DNA of 64,000 nucleotides from a virus (Duplodnaviria; Caudoviricetes): IMG/VR virus record IMGVR_UViG_3300032227_001172, positions 96,001 to 160,000 of that record; one strand, 5' to 3'. Shown piece by piece: positions 55,286 to 64,000 of this stretch (position 1 is its first letter; each line of letters starts with the position of its first letter). The notes under the pieces were generated by a model. It saw only the letters and a program-made list of their open reading frames with translations, ran no database searches and was not told where the DNA came from. The position numbers and the translations under genes were made by a program.

Positions 55286-55756
55286 TTAGGCAATGTTAAC
55301 TGCTACTTTGACATAACCATCAGAATCTCTAGAACTTAAAAATCTACCAACACGATAATTGGCGTCTTCAGTCAGGCTGTCTGTTGGAGCGGTGGCTGTA
55401 AATAAACCACTAGCACCTACATAAGCAGCTTGACCAGCACCTATAGCGCCTGTTACCCTGTTTGTAGTTACTTGACCAACTTGTAGCAAAGTAACTTTGC
55501 CACCTTGTTGTACTTCATCTTTATGCCAGTTGATGTGCTGACGAGTAAGATCAAGATTAACAACGTCGTTTAACAAAACTCCGACGGGCTTAGTACCACT
55601 AGCAGCAGTGACATATGCAACTACGGCATTGGCATCGTCCATAGCGACACCGGAACCTCCGGTGCTGACAGAAGCAATACCGCCTCTTTCTGCTGTAGAG
55701 TTCATGAAAAATGAAACATCAGTTTGTGTTTCGATACGATCTGGTTTTAGAGCCAT
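55286..55756 (-). CDS. Head decoration/cement protein
   Basis: Start moved to MALKPD at 55756 (GGGAGA RBS). Contains KPVGVLLNDV and AYVGASG; sits between scaffold and MCP. Confidence 0.7.
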   Translation of the reverse strand: MALKPDRIETQTDVSFFMNSTAERGGIASVSTGGSGVAMDDANAVVAYVTAASGTKPVGVLLNDVVNLDLTRQHINWHKDEVQQGGKVTLLQVGQVTTNRVTGAIGAGQAAYVGASGLFTATAPTDSLTEDANYRVGRFLSSRDSDGYVKVAVNIA

Positions 55757-55769
55757 GTTTACTTCTCCC

Positions 55770-56495
55770 TTATTTTGAGGTTTTACCGAGTCTAGCACTT
55801 ACAAATTCAACAAGTTCTGCGCGAATACTAGCTTCTGCTGATTCTGTTTCTGATGCATCACCACCGACGCTCAGATCAACTGTTTCTTCAGCTTCTACTT
55901 CTTCTAAAGCAGATTCAGCCTCTACAACGGGATCTTCCGAAGTCATTTTCTTTACCATTGTTTCTTCGCCCTTTTTCTTTGGGGGTTTCATAGCAGCTAG
56001 TAAAGTGCTCATAGCTTCAAAAGAATCGTCATCAAGAGCTTGAAATTTCTCAACAGCAGCGGAAGCAGCGTCGTCTTCTAGACCCGCTTCAACCAATGTG
56101 GCTTTTCTTTTCATCATTTTATCTTTGCGGGCCATTTCTTCTTCTTTCATTTTATAGCCAGCAATAACTTCATTGGCTGCGTCTAGTTCGGATTTGGCCT
56201 TTTTCATTTCTTCTTCCATCTTGGTCTTTTCATCCTGCCATTTCTTAGCAGCTTCTTCAAACTCTACTTCTTTTTCTGCTAGAGTTTTAAGATTTTCTGT
56301 TTTGATGGATTCGATAGTTTCATTAGCTTTTGCTAACTTCTCTTCATTTTCTTTCATAGCAGCCTCTAATTGTAGGTTTGTGTTTTGTAATTCAGAAGCA
56401 ACCGCTTGAGCTTCTGCAATCTGATCAGCACAGTTTACAGAAACGGTTTCTAAAGTTTGATTATTTGCGACAATTGTTTGTTCGTTTATATTCAT
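55770..56495 (-). CDS. Nested in-frame scaffolding protein (241 aa)
   Basis: Met277 is preceded by GGAGAATCTTACT, with promoter-like GGTGTAATA at 56538-56546. Confidence 0.55.
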   Translation of the reverse strand: MNINEQTIVANNQTLETVSVNCADQIAEAQAVASELQNTNLQLEAAMKENEEKLAKANETIESIKTENLKTLAEKEVEFEEAAKKWQDEKTKMEEEMKKAKSELDAANEVIAGYKMKEEEMARKDKMMKRKATLVEAGLEDDAASAAVEKFQALDDDSFEAMSTLLAAMKPPKKKGEETMVKKMTSEDPVVEAESALEEVEAEETVDLSVGGDASETESAEASIRAELVEFVSARLGKTSK

Positions 56496-57323
56496 AGTAA
56501 GATTCTCCGTGTCTGCAGTGACTATTGGCTTATTCTCTATTACACCTGATTTTAATAAATTGTCATTTTTTTTATCAAACAAATCATTAATAATACTTTT
56601 ATTAAAAATGATACTATCTGGATTTGCTGGCTTATCAACAAAACCCTTACCACTAAAAGTAATATTTCTTAATACTCTACCAATCTTATAGTCTTGATGT
56701 TCACCTTGACCGCCATATGCTCTTAAATATTTGGTTAAATATGCAGTATTATTATTACGGGCTAAAACTTTATATTCTCCAGAGGACTTATTAATTAGTC
56801 CATAATCAAAACCTTTAAAGTAACACTCCATGCTAACATACTTTGTACCCTGCTCAATTTCAGCTATAAGCTTATCTGCTCTTTCTCTAAGTTCTGGAGA
56901 TGTAAAAGCTTTATAAATAACTGATCCTGTAACTATATGGAATTTTTCTGGTAATAAAGACATATCAAGACTTTCATCTAAAATATTACCATCTTCATCT
57001 ATAGGCCAATTAGATGTTATATGTCCTATAATAAGATTTTCATCATGTTCTAAATTAGTGGGTTTATCTTCTGGTGTTTTTCTAGCTGTCCAAACTTCTA
57101 TTTTATCAAAAATATCATCATTGCGATTCCAAGAAGAACTAACTAAAATAGATTGAACATAATATAAATCTGTGTCATTAATCGATGCTAAACTTTTTTT
57201 AAGACTTTTAGTTTGATTTTGTTTTAAGTCGTAAGGAGATAAAACTGAAGCATAAGATATTGATGTGGATGCAGAAATTTGTGCTGCTAAACCATCATCT
57301 GTTTCTTGTGGATATATAATCAT
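55770..57323 (-). CDS. Prohead protease fused to coiled-coil scaffold
   Basis: NLEHD...IIGH, VSMEC and GFVDKPA protease motifs; E/K/A-rich coiled-coil C-terminal half. Confidence 0.8.
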   Translation of the reverse strand: MIIYPQETDDGLAAQISASTSISYASVLSPYDLKQNQTKSLKKSLASINDTDLYYVQSILVSSSWNRNDDIFDKIEVWTARKTPEDKPTNLEHDENLIIGHITSNWPIDEDGNILDESLDMSLLPEKFHIVTGSVIYKAFTSPELRERADKLIAEIEQGTKYVSMECYFKGFDYGLINKSSGEYKVLARNNNTAYLTKYLRAYGGQGEHQDYKIGRVLRNITFSGKGFVDKPANPDSIIFNKSIINDLFDKKNDNLLKSGVIENKPIVTADTENLTMNINEQTIVANNQTLETVSVNCADQIAEAQAVASELQNTNLQLEAAMKENEEKLAKANETIESIKTENLKTLAEKEVEFEEAAKKWQDEKTKMEEEMKKAKSELDAANEVIAGYKMKEEEMARKDKMMKRKATLVEAGLEDDAASAAVEKFQALDDDSFEAMSTLLAAMKPPKKKGEETMVKKMTSEDPVVEAESALEEVEAEETVDLSVGGDASETESAEASIRAELVEFVSARLGKTSK

Positions 57324-57337
57324 TATGATATTACCCT

Positions 57338-59503
57338 TTAATTATTTAATATACAATAAAATGAAGCTTTAGCTTGTTTTTGATCATCAACAGATAGGTC
57401 TCTATTGAGATCGGAAGCCAACTGTCTTAACCATACACTATATGAGACCAACTCTGCTTGATTTAAGTCGGTTAATTTAGCTAAAATTTGTTCATTATTA
57501 ATTGTGCAGAATGGTTTGGTATTAAAAAGTATTGAGGTTTTTATATTCTCTAGTTCTTTGATTTGTTCATTAGATAAACTACGTAGATTTTTTTTACCGT
57601 AAAAATCTAAAAGAACAGGATTGATAATATCGCTAATTTTATCCTGTGCTTCTGCGGCCCATAATAATAGAGAAGCTCCTGTTTGTGGGGCAAATTTGCG
57701 GTCTTTTCTTTTGACGGTATCTTTTGATAGTTTGGGTCTGCCTTGCTGCGGTTCACCCGGCAAAGATTCTGGCGAATCTTTTGCCAACTTTGTTGGTTTA
57801 AGAACTTGCCGCATTTCTAATGAGGTTTGTTCTCCTTTTTTCTTTGGATCTAATTCTAACCCAACCTGACTAGGTGAAGCTACGCCACTCTGTAGAGCAA
57901 TTTTCTTAAGCGCAATTTCTGGTTGTGGATCATGCCATGGGCCAGTTTTTGGTACCATTCTTGATGTCTTTCTTTCTCTTTTCTCTCTGTTTAGCCTAAT
58001 CTTTTCCATCTCTGGATCAACACCAAATCTGGTTTGTAATAATTCGTCAGAAATAACATTACGATCTGCTAACTGAATTAATAACGCTTTTTCTGCCTCT
58101 TCATTGCTTAAATCCATTCTATCAAATTCAATTTTTGCTGGACTTTTAAAATTCATAGCTTTTTGAACTAATGCTATTTCTTTATCCCAAAATTCTGTTA
58201 AAATGTCTCTACCATATTGTAGTCTTTGAGTTAGTGTTTTTAAGCTGATAAAATTATTTGTGGTTCCAGCAGCACCATATGTACCTGTTAGGGTTGGAGG
58301 TATGCCTAGGCCAGCATATATACTATTTAAATGTGGAGTATATTTAGCTTCACCTAAAAATTGATGAACATTAGTTTTAGATTCTATTAATTCAATATCT
58401 GGTCCCCATACCAGATCCATGGTGCCACCACCAACATTATTTCCTAATATCTGAGCTAATTTACCAGCAGCAGCTTTAGTTGGTGCTATTTTATGCTCTA
58501 AGCTACCCAGTTTAAAAATACGAATATTACTGATAGCCCCATCCAATGCTGCCATATCTGCTAGTTTTAATTTTTCAATTACTGTTATATCATCCATAAT
58601 AGAATAGATCATGGGATATGCCCATCTTTGCCAATCATCCTTTTTATAATGAAACACCATGACCTTTTGTGGATCTAATGGATAATTCTTTTTTGACTTA
58701 GCTGCTTCTAAGATTTGTTGGGGTAGCTGGGCAATCACCTCTTGCTCTGCGTCATTCTTGGGAGCATTAATAATTTTACGTAAAGTAGCAGGCAATACTA
58801 GTTCATATCTTTTATTGCTAACAAAAGAAGCCAAAGAACCAGCTGACACCTCTACATATACTGGATCGATAAATGTATATTTCCAAGGAATTTCTCTTTT
58901 CTCTAATTGAATATTATCTAATTCATTAACTGTAAGATCTGGAGAAGCCACACTTTTGTATAATTTATCTGTAACTTTAAGACTTAATTTACCGGTTTGT
59001 CTATTAATAACAACATTACCTGTTTTATAAAGATTATTAAGAAATCTTTCGCTGCGTTCCTTACCTGCAATCTTCTTAAACCACTTCTTATAAAAACGCT
59101 CTATTCTTTTATTTGGATGTACTATTCTTATGCCTTGGCTACCAAAATCACCCATTAAATCGACAACATTTTTAACCAAGCCTACTCTTTGATAAATATC
59201 TTCAGCTTTTTTAATAATAGCTTTAATTTGACGAGGAACAGCTTCGTCTGGTCTAAAGAAATCATAATCAAGTCTGGTTAATCCTGGGCGACCAGAAGTA
59301 TTAGTATCAAGGTTAGAGTAATCCAAACCATATCGACGCATAGCGCTAGTATGCTCTATACCAGTAAATTCTTCCATAGACTCAGAAGATTTGGATAAAG
59401 CCTCTTGTTTAGATTGTAAATCGTCTCCCCATGTAACGTATGCATCAGCTCCTATAATAGAGGCATCTTGGATAGCTTCGCTTTTTGGATATTTTTTAGA
59501 CAT
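57338..59503 (-). CDS. Portal protein
   Basis: 721 aa between TerL and protease; helical with IYAGLGIP portal-like motif. Confidence 0.8.
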   Translation of the reverse strand: MSKKYPKSEAIQDASIIGADAYVTWGDDLQSKQEALSKSSESMEEFTGIEHTSAMRRYGLDYSNLDTNTSGRPGLTRLDYDFFRPDEAVPRQIKAIIKKAEDIYQRVGLVKNVVDLMGDFGSQGIRIVHPNKRIERFYKKWFKKIAGKERSERFLNNLYKTGNVVINRQTGKLSLKVTDKLYKSVASPDLTVNELDNIQLEKREIPWKYTFIDPVYVEVSAGSLASFVSNKRYELVLPATLRKIINAPKNDAEQEVIAQLPQQILEAAKSKKNYPLDPQKVMVFHYKKDDWQRWAYPMIYSIMDDITVIEKLKLADMAALDGAISNIRIFKLGSLEHKIAPTKAAAGKLAQILGNNVGGGTMDLVWGPDIELIESKTNVHQFLGEAKYTPHLNSIYAGLGIPPTLTGTYGAAGTTNNFISLKTLTQRLQYGRDILTEFWDKEIALVQKAMNFKSPAKIEFDRMDLSNEEAEKALLIQLADRNVISDELLQTRFGVDPEMEKIRLNREKRERKTSRMVPKTGPWHDPQPEIALKKIALQSGVASPSQVGLELDPKKKGEQTSLEMRQVLKPTKLAKDSPESLPGEPQQGRPKLSKDTVKRKDRKFAPQTGASLLLWAAEAQDKISDIINPVLLDFYGKKNLRSLSNEQIKELENIKTSILFNTKPFCTINNEQILAKLTDLNQAELVSYSVWLRQLASDLNRDLSVDDQKQAKASFYCILNN

Positions 59504-59542
59504 AGTATTCCGAATATAAAAGGATTACAATTGAATTAGTAT

Positions 59543-59553
59543 TAATATACACT
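59543..59553 (-). promoter_or_regulatory. Candidate late promoter AGTGTATATTA
   Basis: Intergenic, ~40 nt upstream of the portal ATG. Confidence 0.55.
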
Positions 59554-59555
59554 CT

Positions 59556-61592
59556 TTATCGATAAATTCCCGTGTAAAAATCATCGTTTGCAGAATTAGT
59601 AAACCATTCTGGTCCTTTATACATATTACCATTCTGATTAATTATATCTGCTCTATTACCACCAATAACATCATAAGTTGGAGCTGCTAGTTCTAGTCTA
59701 TTTTGTCTAGCTAACATATTTGCTATTAATAACGAACTATAGCGGTCTTTTCTTAATCTGCCTTTTTTGCCATTACCAAGTTTAACTTCTGGAGTATCCC
59801 ACTTGTCTCTAGCTCCTGGACCAGTACTAGTTTGGCTCATAACAATAGTTGTAAGTTCGTTTTTTAGATCCTCTATTTCTAATATACATTCGCTAAGACT
59901 ATCATATAAAGGCTGTTGTAAGTCTGTGCTAAGAATATCTTTACCTTCTTGATCCAAAGCTAAACCTAGTGTTAATTGGTCAAATCGAGGAAATAGTAAA
60001 ACCCTATCTTCTAAATCTTTTCTAAGTCCATGATTAGCTTGAGCTGTCCAGTCTGCTTTAGCAAATTGAATCATCTCTAAAATATGTAAACCTTGCTGAC
60101 TATCAGTATCTTTGCTTTTATCATAATTAATAGTGGGCCAAATTAGATTTTCGTTTTCTTCTAAATTTTTAGGATCGTGTAGTGCTTCTTCGATAGCAAT
60201 ACCACCACCTTGAGCATCCATACCTATTATTCTAGGAGGAAATGTTTTCATTAGATTACGAATTTTTCTAGCACAGAAACTATAGAAATCATGTTCCTGT
60301 GTTAACCCAGATTTTAATCTTTCTTTAAAATTATTACGATTAGTAGTCCAACAATATACTATTCGACTATGTGTAGGATGAACTTCTAAAACTACTATAC
60401 TAAAATTATCTTGTTCTGAGGCTGGATCGATACCATAAACATATTGATGATGAGGATTACCATGAGTAATAGCATCAAATAAAATTGGCTTATCTCCAAT
60501 AATAATAGACTTAGTATCGCTCACAACACAAGACTCGATGAGACTTCTTTTGAAAAAGCCATCACTATCTGCTGTAAAACAAGCGGCATACTCCATATTA
60601 TATATACCAGTATGAATAGTGGCTTTAGCTCGTGCCACCTGTTTATCATCCATGAATCCTTTAGGTATAAGTTCATAAGGAATACGTATAATACTATAGT
60701 CTTGCCAGTTAAAATTTTCTGGAACTTCTCCCTTAAATAATTCTTGTAATTTTTGTATATTGCCTTTACTTTCAATAATAGCTTTATATCGTCTCCAATA
60801 ATCTGCAAAATGTTTAAAGCTATAATCTGCTGTTCCACTAATAATAGCTTGATTACCCATTTTTTTATCTAGTAATGCTATTTCTTCATTCCAAACACCA
60901 GCTTCAATCATAGCTTTCTTTCTAGCTTCTTCTTTAACGTTTTGAATAGGACTAGCACTAACAGCAGCGAAACCAGCAACTACTGTTTCGTAAATATCTG
61001 GTGATATTGATGCAAATTCGTCAGCAATAATAATATGTGCTCTGAGTCCTCTAATTTTGGAGCCATCTCCCATTGGTACAGCTATCGCCCAACTATCACC
61101 AAGTCGTATCGTACACCTATCCACATCTCGTCTTGGCCCATCGTCGTTCCCAGAAAATATGCTACGAAGTATCGGACTACTTCTCCATATAGTTTCCATA
61201 TATTCAAAGATAATTTTACTCTGTCTAAAAGCTGCACCAACAATAACTATCTTTGTACCAGGAGTAAATGTACATTTCAAAACGGAATAAAGGGCCAATA
61301 GAAACGACTTACCCCAACCACGACTAGCAATATACATTGGAAATGGTCGATTCCAAAATTCTTGTAAAATAATACACTGCATAGGATGTAGTTCTATGTT
61401 AAATAATATCTTACATGTAGCTCCTATATTTAATGGATTTTTTAGCAACTTCATCAAATGAAGATCTGGATACTCAATCTCTTTTTCTGTCCTATGAATC
61501 ATAGGATTATGAGTAATTTCTATCTTGGAGAGATCTCCTAGTCCTAGCCACGCATCATCAAATATTTTTTTCTGGTTGTCCGTGAAGTTCAT
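59556..61592 (-). CDS. terL: Terminase large subunit
   Basis: Walker A ASRGWGKS, Walker B IIIADE, RNase H-like YGIDPA...KDRY. Confidence 0.92.
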   Translation of the reverse strand: MNFTDNQKKIFDDAWLGLGDLSKIEITHNPMIHRTEKEIEYPDLHLMKLLKNPLNIGATCKILFNIELHPMQCIILQEFWNRPFPMYIASRGWGKSFLLALYSVLKCTFTPGTKIVIVGAAFRQSKIIFEYMETIWRSSPILRSIFSGNDDGPRRDVDRCTIRLGDSWAIAVPMGDGSKIRGLRAHIIIADEFASISPDIYETVVAGFAAVSASPIQNVKEEARKKAMIEAGVWNEEIALLDKKMGNQAIISGTADYSFKHFADYWRRYKAIIESKGNIQKLQELFKGEVPENFNWQDYSIIRIPYELIPKGFMDDKQVARAKATIHTGIYNMEYAACFTADSDGFFKRSLIESCVVSDTKSIIIGDKPILFDAITHGNPHHQYVYGIDPASEQDNFSIVVLEVHPTHSRIVYCWTTNRNNFKERLKSGLTQEHDFYSFCARKIRNLMKTFPPRIIGMDAQGGGIAIEEALHDPKNLEENENLIWPTINYDKSKDTDSQQGLHILEMIQFAKADWTAQANHGLRKDLEDRVLLFPRFDQLTLGLALDQEGKDILSTDLQQPLYDSLSECILEIEDLKNELTTIVMSQTSTGPGARDKWDTPEVKLGNGKKGRLRKDRYSSLLIANMLARQNRLELAAPTYDVIGGNRADIINQNGNMYKGPEWFTNSANDDFYTGIYR

Positions 61593-62037
61593 ATATTTTT
61601 CTCATTAAGGATAATGCCATTTTTTCAGCATTAGATGCGTCTCCGCAAAATATCACTTTGATATTGTATAGGATTTGTAATTCATTAATATGCTTTAAAA
61701 TAAACTTAGGAGTAATTCGTAGCTTGTCCCACATCTTTTTAGGAACAGTTGAGCCAACTGGATAAATTAATATATCTTCTAGATCAAATTCTAATAGTAA
61801 AAAAGCGTGTTTAATATGTGCTAATCTGTCGGTCACATCCTTGAATCTTTTTTCCGTAATATTATTAGCAAATTCACTAACGCTACCTTTGCGTTCTATA
61901 CAAAAAATATTTTCTAGACCCCGCAAAGAATAATCTCCGGTATCTAATTTAGATATGCTTTTTTCCATGTGTTCAAAAACCCACGGATGTTGTTCTCTAG
62001 TATCTATAACTATGTGAAAATTACTGAAGTCTATCAT
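61558..62037 (-). CDS. ERCC4/XPF-type nuclease
   Basis: DTREQ, LDTGDY and IERK motifs. Confidence 0.85.
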   Translation of the reverse strand: MIDFSNFHIVIDTREQHPWVFEHMEKSISKLDTGDYSLRGLENIFCIERKGSVSEFANNITEKRFKDVTDRLAHIKHAFLLLEFDLEDILIYPVGSTVPKKMWDKLRITPKFILKHINELQILYNIKVIFCGDASNAEKMALSLMRKIYELHGQPEKNI

Positions 62038-62290
62038 TGGCTAATATCTTTAAAAACGTAGGAGCATAAATTTCTTCCATACCCTTAATTAAATCGTGAT
62101 GATATTTACACAAAGTAATACCATTATTAATATCAAATCGTAAACCAGGATATTCTGCCCATGTTTTGATATGATGAGCATTAAGTTTTCTTTTCAAGTT
62201 ACAATTAGGCCATCTACAATGATGATGATCCCTAGTATAAACGTCTTTTCTCCACTTTTTATATTGAGGATCTTGAAAATTACGATGCAT
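62021..62290 (-). CDS. HNH endonuclease (possible packaging cofactor)
   Basis: RD...C...C...AHHI...NGITLC..HH. Start moved to 62290. Confidence 0.85.
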   Translation of the reverse strand: MHRNFQDPQYKKWRKDVYTRDHHHCRWPNCNLKRKLNAHHIKTWAEYPGLRFDINNGITLCKYHHDLIKGMEEIYAPTFLKILANDRLQ

Positions 62291-63266
62291 TATGAATATC
62301 ACTTTCAACCATATCTTTAACTAAATCATTAAAAGAAATACTAGGAGACCACTTTATAGTTTCTGATGCCAATGTTGGATCTCCACACAAATAATCTACT
62401 TCTGCTGGTCTAAATAATAATGGATCAATTGCTACATGATCTGCTGAATTCAAATTAACATATTCAAATGAGGCATCTAGAAAGTCTTTTACTGAATGAG
62501 TTGATCCTGTTGCTATGACTAAATCTAATGGAACAGAATGTTGTAACATCATCCACATAGCTTGTACATAATCCTTAGCATGTCCCCAATCTCTATGAGC
62601 ATCCAGATTACCTAATTTTAATTTTTCGGTAGTTTCTCCTCTTACCAACTGACCAATATACTTGGTAATTTTACGAGTAACAAAATTTTCACCTCGTCGT
62701 GGACTTTCATGATTAAAAAGAATTCCACAGCAACCAAATATGTTATATCCTGATCTGTAAATTTCCACCATATGATGAGCAGATAATTTTGCTATACCAT
62801 ATGGACTTTGTGGTAACATTGTTGTCTTTTCGTTTTGATACTTTAAACCATTAGTATCTTTTATGCTATAATTTCGCCCAAACATCTCGCTAGTACTAGC
62901 CTGATAAATTTTAGTAGCTGGAGAAAAATGTCGTATACTTTCTAATATGTTAATAACGCCTAAAGCATTAATTTCAAATGTTGTAGAAGGCTGTGGAAAA
63001 CTTGTACCAACATGACTCTGAGCAGCAAGATTATAGAATTCATCAGGTTGTTCTTTGCTAATTAATTGATTACAAACGCTAGGGTCTGTTAGATCAAATT
63101 CGGTTAATTTTAATTTTTTGTTGTGCAGTAAATGTTTTATACGATGGAAGGAGTTGGTGGATGATCGACGAAAACATCCAATAACCTCGTATCCTTTGTT
63201 TAGTAGGAGTTCTGCTAGATAAGAGCCATCTTGTCCTGTGATACCTGTTATAATAGCTTTGGTCAT
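62280..63266 (-). CDS. gmd: GDP-mannose 4,6-dehydratase
   Basis: ITGITGQDGSYL, NLAAQSHV, QASTSE, SPYGIAK, LFNHESPRRGENFVTRKI and RDWGHA motifs. Start moved to 63266. Confidence 0.95.
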   Translation of the reverse strand: MTKAIITGITGQDGSYLAELLLNKGYEVIGCFRRSSTNSFHRIKHLLHNKKLKLTEFDLTDPSVCNQLISKEQPDEFYNLAAQSHVGTSFPQPSTTFEINALGVINILESIRHFSPATKIYQASTSEMFGRNYSIKDTNGLKYQNEKTTMLPQSPYGIAKLSAHHMVEIYRSGYNIFGCCGILFNHESPRRGENFVTRKITKYIGQLVRGETTEKLKLGNLDAHRDWGHAKDYVQAMWMMLQHSVPLDLVIATGSTHSVKDFLDASFEYVNLNSADHVAIDPLLFRPAEVDYLCGDPTLASETIKWSPSISFNDLVKDMVESDIHNAS

Positions 63267-63276
63267 AAATATAGTC

Positions 63277-64000
63277 CTATTTGTCAATAATAGTTTCGGG
63301 GGTTAATAGTGGAAGATCAACTGTGCCATCAGCATATGTATGATAGTCGGAAAGTTTTTGTTTTTGTTGTTCAACGGCCAAATTCATAATAGCCATTTGT
63401 TTACCTTCTTTTTCTCGTATTTCTTCGTCCTCAAGCATTCGTATTAAACCAACCCAGCTGCTTTTACCATCCTCGATTCTTTTAATTCTTTGTTCTCGTG
63501 TAGCTTTAAGGTCTTTGCTGATCTTTTGTTGTTCATTTAAAAGTTTGGTATATTCATTAGTATAGTTGGCAATACTGTTGCGGGCAAAAGAGAGTTGGGT
63601 TTCGAGATTGACAAGTTTTTGAATATCTCTTTGATCTTCTGACTTGTTGTATTCTTTATCAACATCAGACTGTAGTTTTTCGGTGTCTGTGATGTGGCGC
63701 TTTCTTTCTTTCATGCTACGATTAATAAGAATATCAATGGTGATGAATTGTTTAATTTGTAATTCTTCTGCTGGTAATACGTCTTCTCTAAATTGTTTAA
63801 TTAGTCCTATCCAGGTATCTTCAAAGTATTCTAACTCTCCACTATCTTTATCGAACTGTCTTTCTATTTCACACCAAAAGGTTTTAACGTGTAATTTTTG
63901 TCGTAAAGTTTTATCGTTTTCTTGTTCATCAATAGTTTTAAGACCTATTTTAGATTCAGCAATATATCTTTCGATAGGTTTAATGGTTCGATTTAATTGA
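63277..64000 (-). CDS. Probable terminase small subunit (5'-truncated)
   Basis: Frame is open to the window edge (QLNRTIKPIERYI..., >240 aa), longer than the ORF track shows. Helical/coiled-coil, upstream of TerL. Functional call is positional. Confidence 0.45.
   Translation of the reverse strand, partial: QLNRTIKPIERYIAESKIGLKTIDEQENDKTLRQKLHVKTFWCEIERQFDKDSGELEYFEDTWIGLIKQFREDVLPAEELQIKQFITIDILINRSMKERKRHITDTEKLQSDVDKEYNKSEDQRDIQKLVNLETQLSFARNSIANYTNEYTKLLNEQQKISKDLKATREQRIKRIEDGKSSWVGLIRMLEDEEIREKEGKQMAIMNLAVEQQKQKLSDYHTYADGTVDLPLLTPETIIDK

Larger units (their letters stand above)
1..64000 (-). mobile_element. Morphogenesis region of a large tailed dsDNA bacteriophage (siphovirus-like)
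   Basis: Co-oriented terminase, portal, protease, capsid, neck, tail tube and tape measure genes. No host housekeeping genes, integrase or att site seen. Confidence 0.95.

Noticed and set aside
57338-61592. Intein or intron in terminase/portal
   Set aside because: No C...HN splice motifs, LAGLIDADG motif or frame interruption seen.
62021-62290. HNH as a mobile homing endonuclease
   Set aside because: It is small, lacks an extra DNA-binding domain and is coupled within the packaging operon; a cofactor role fits better.
1-64000. Stop-codon reassignment
   Set aside because: Genes tile densely under the standard code, and TAA, TAG (e.g. 17681, 39022, 40092) and TGA all end genes.
55711-64000. 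Plus-strand ORFs of 60-118 aa opposite the head and packaging genes
   Set aside because: Antisense shadows of well-supported minus-strand genes.

Overview
This window is a 64-kb slice of the virion-morphogenesis region of a large, AT-rich tailed dsDNA phage. It appears siphovirus-like (tail tube and tape measure present, no sheath seen) and uses the standard genetic code. All genes but one are on the minus strand. In transcription order (right to left) they are: probable TerS (cut off at the edge), gmd, HNH, ERCC4 nuclease, TerL, portal, prohead protease with a nested scaffold, head decoration protein, major capsid, a ~20-kb appendage and glycosylation block, a head-tail adaptor, a second ~23-kb appendage block including a 4589-aa fibre, neck/tail completion genes, tail tube, three chaperone-like genes and the tape measure. 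The main discovery is missing from the ORF track. Hand translation shows 4596->1 is one open frame (>1532 aa). It encodes a tape-measure protein whose ~530-aa core is followed by cargo domains: an H-Y-E ADP-ribosyltransferase-like domain, a complete HAD phosphatase, a PD-(D/E)xK-like nuclease and unknown domains. Copies of a GGx[VI]x[KRH]FxxG linker separate the cargo blocks. Other highlights are a candidate virion glycan-coat system (about 10 glycan enzymes beside a poly-Thr mucin-like protein and a GDPH-motif protein), three tandem 7-blade propellers with hypervariable loops, two parallel appendage cassettes, and a recurring GTGTA[TA] late-promoter motif. All functional calls come from motif reading by eye; no searches were run.
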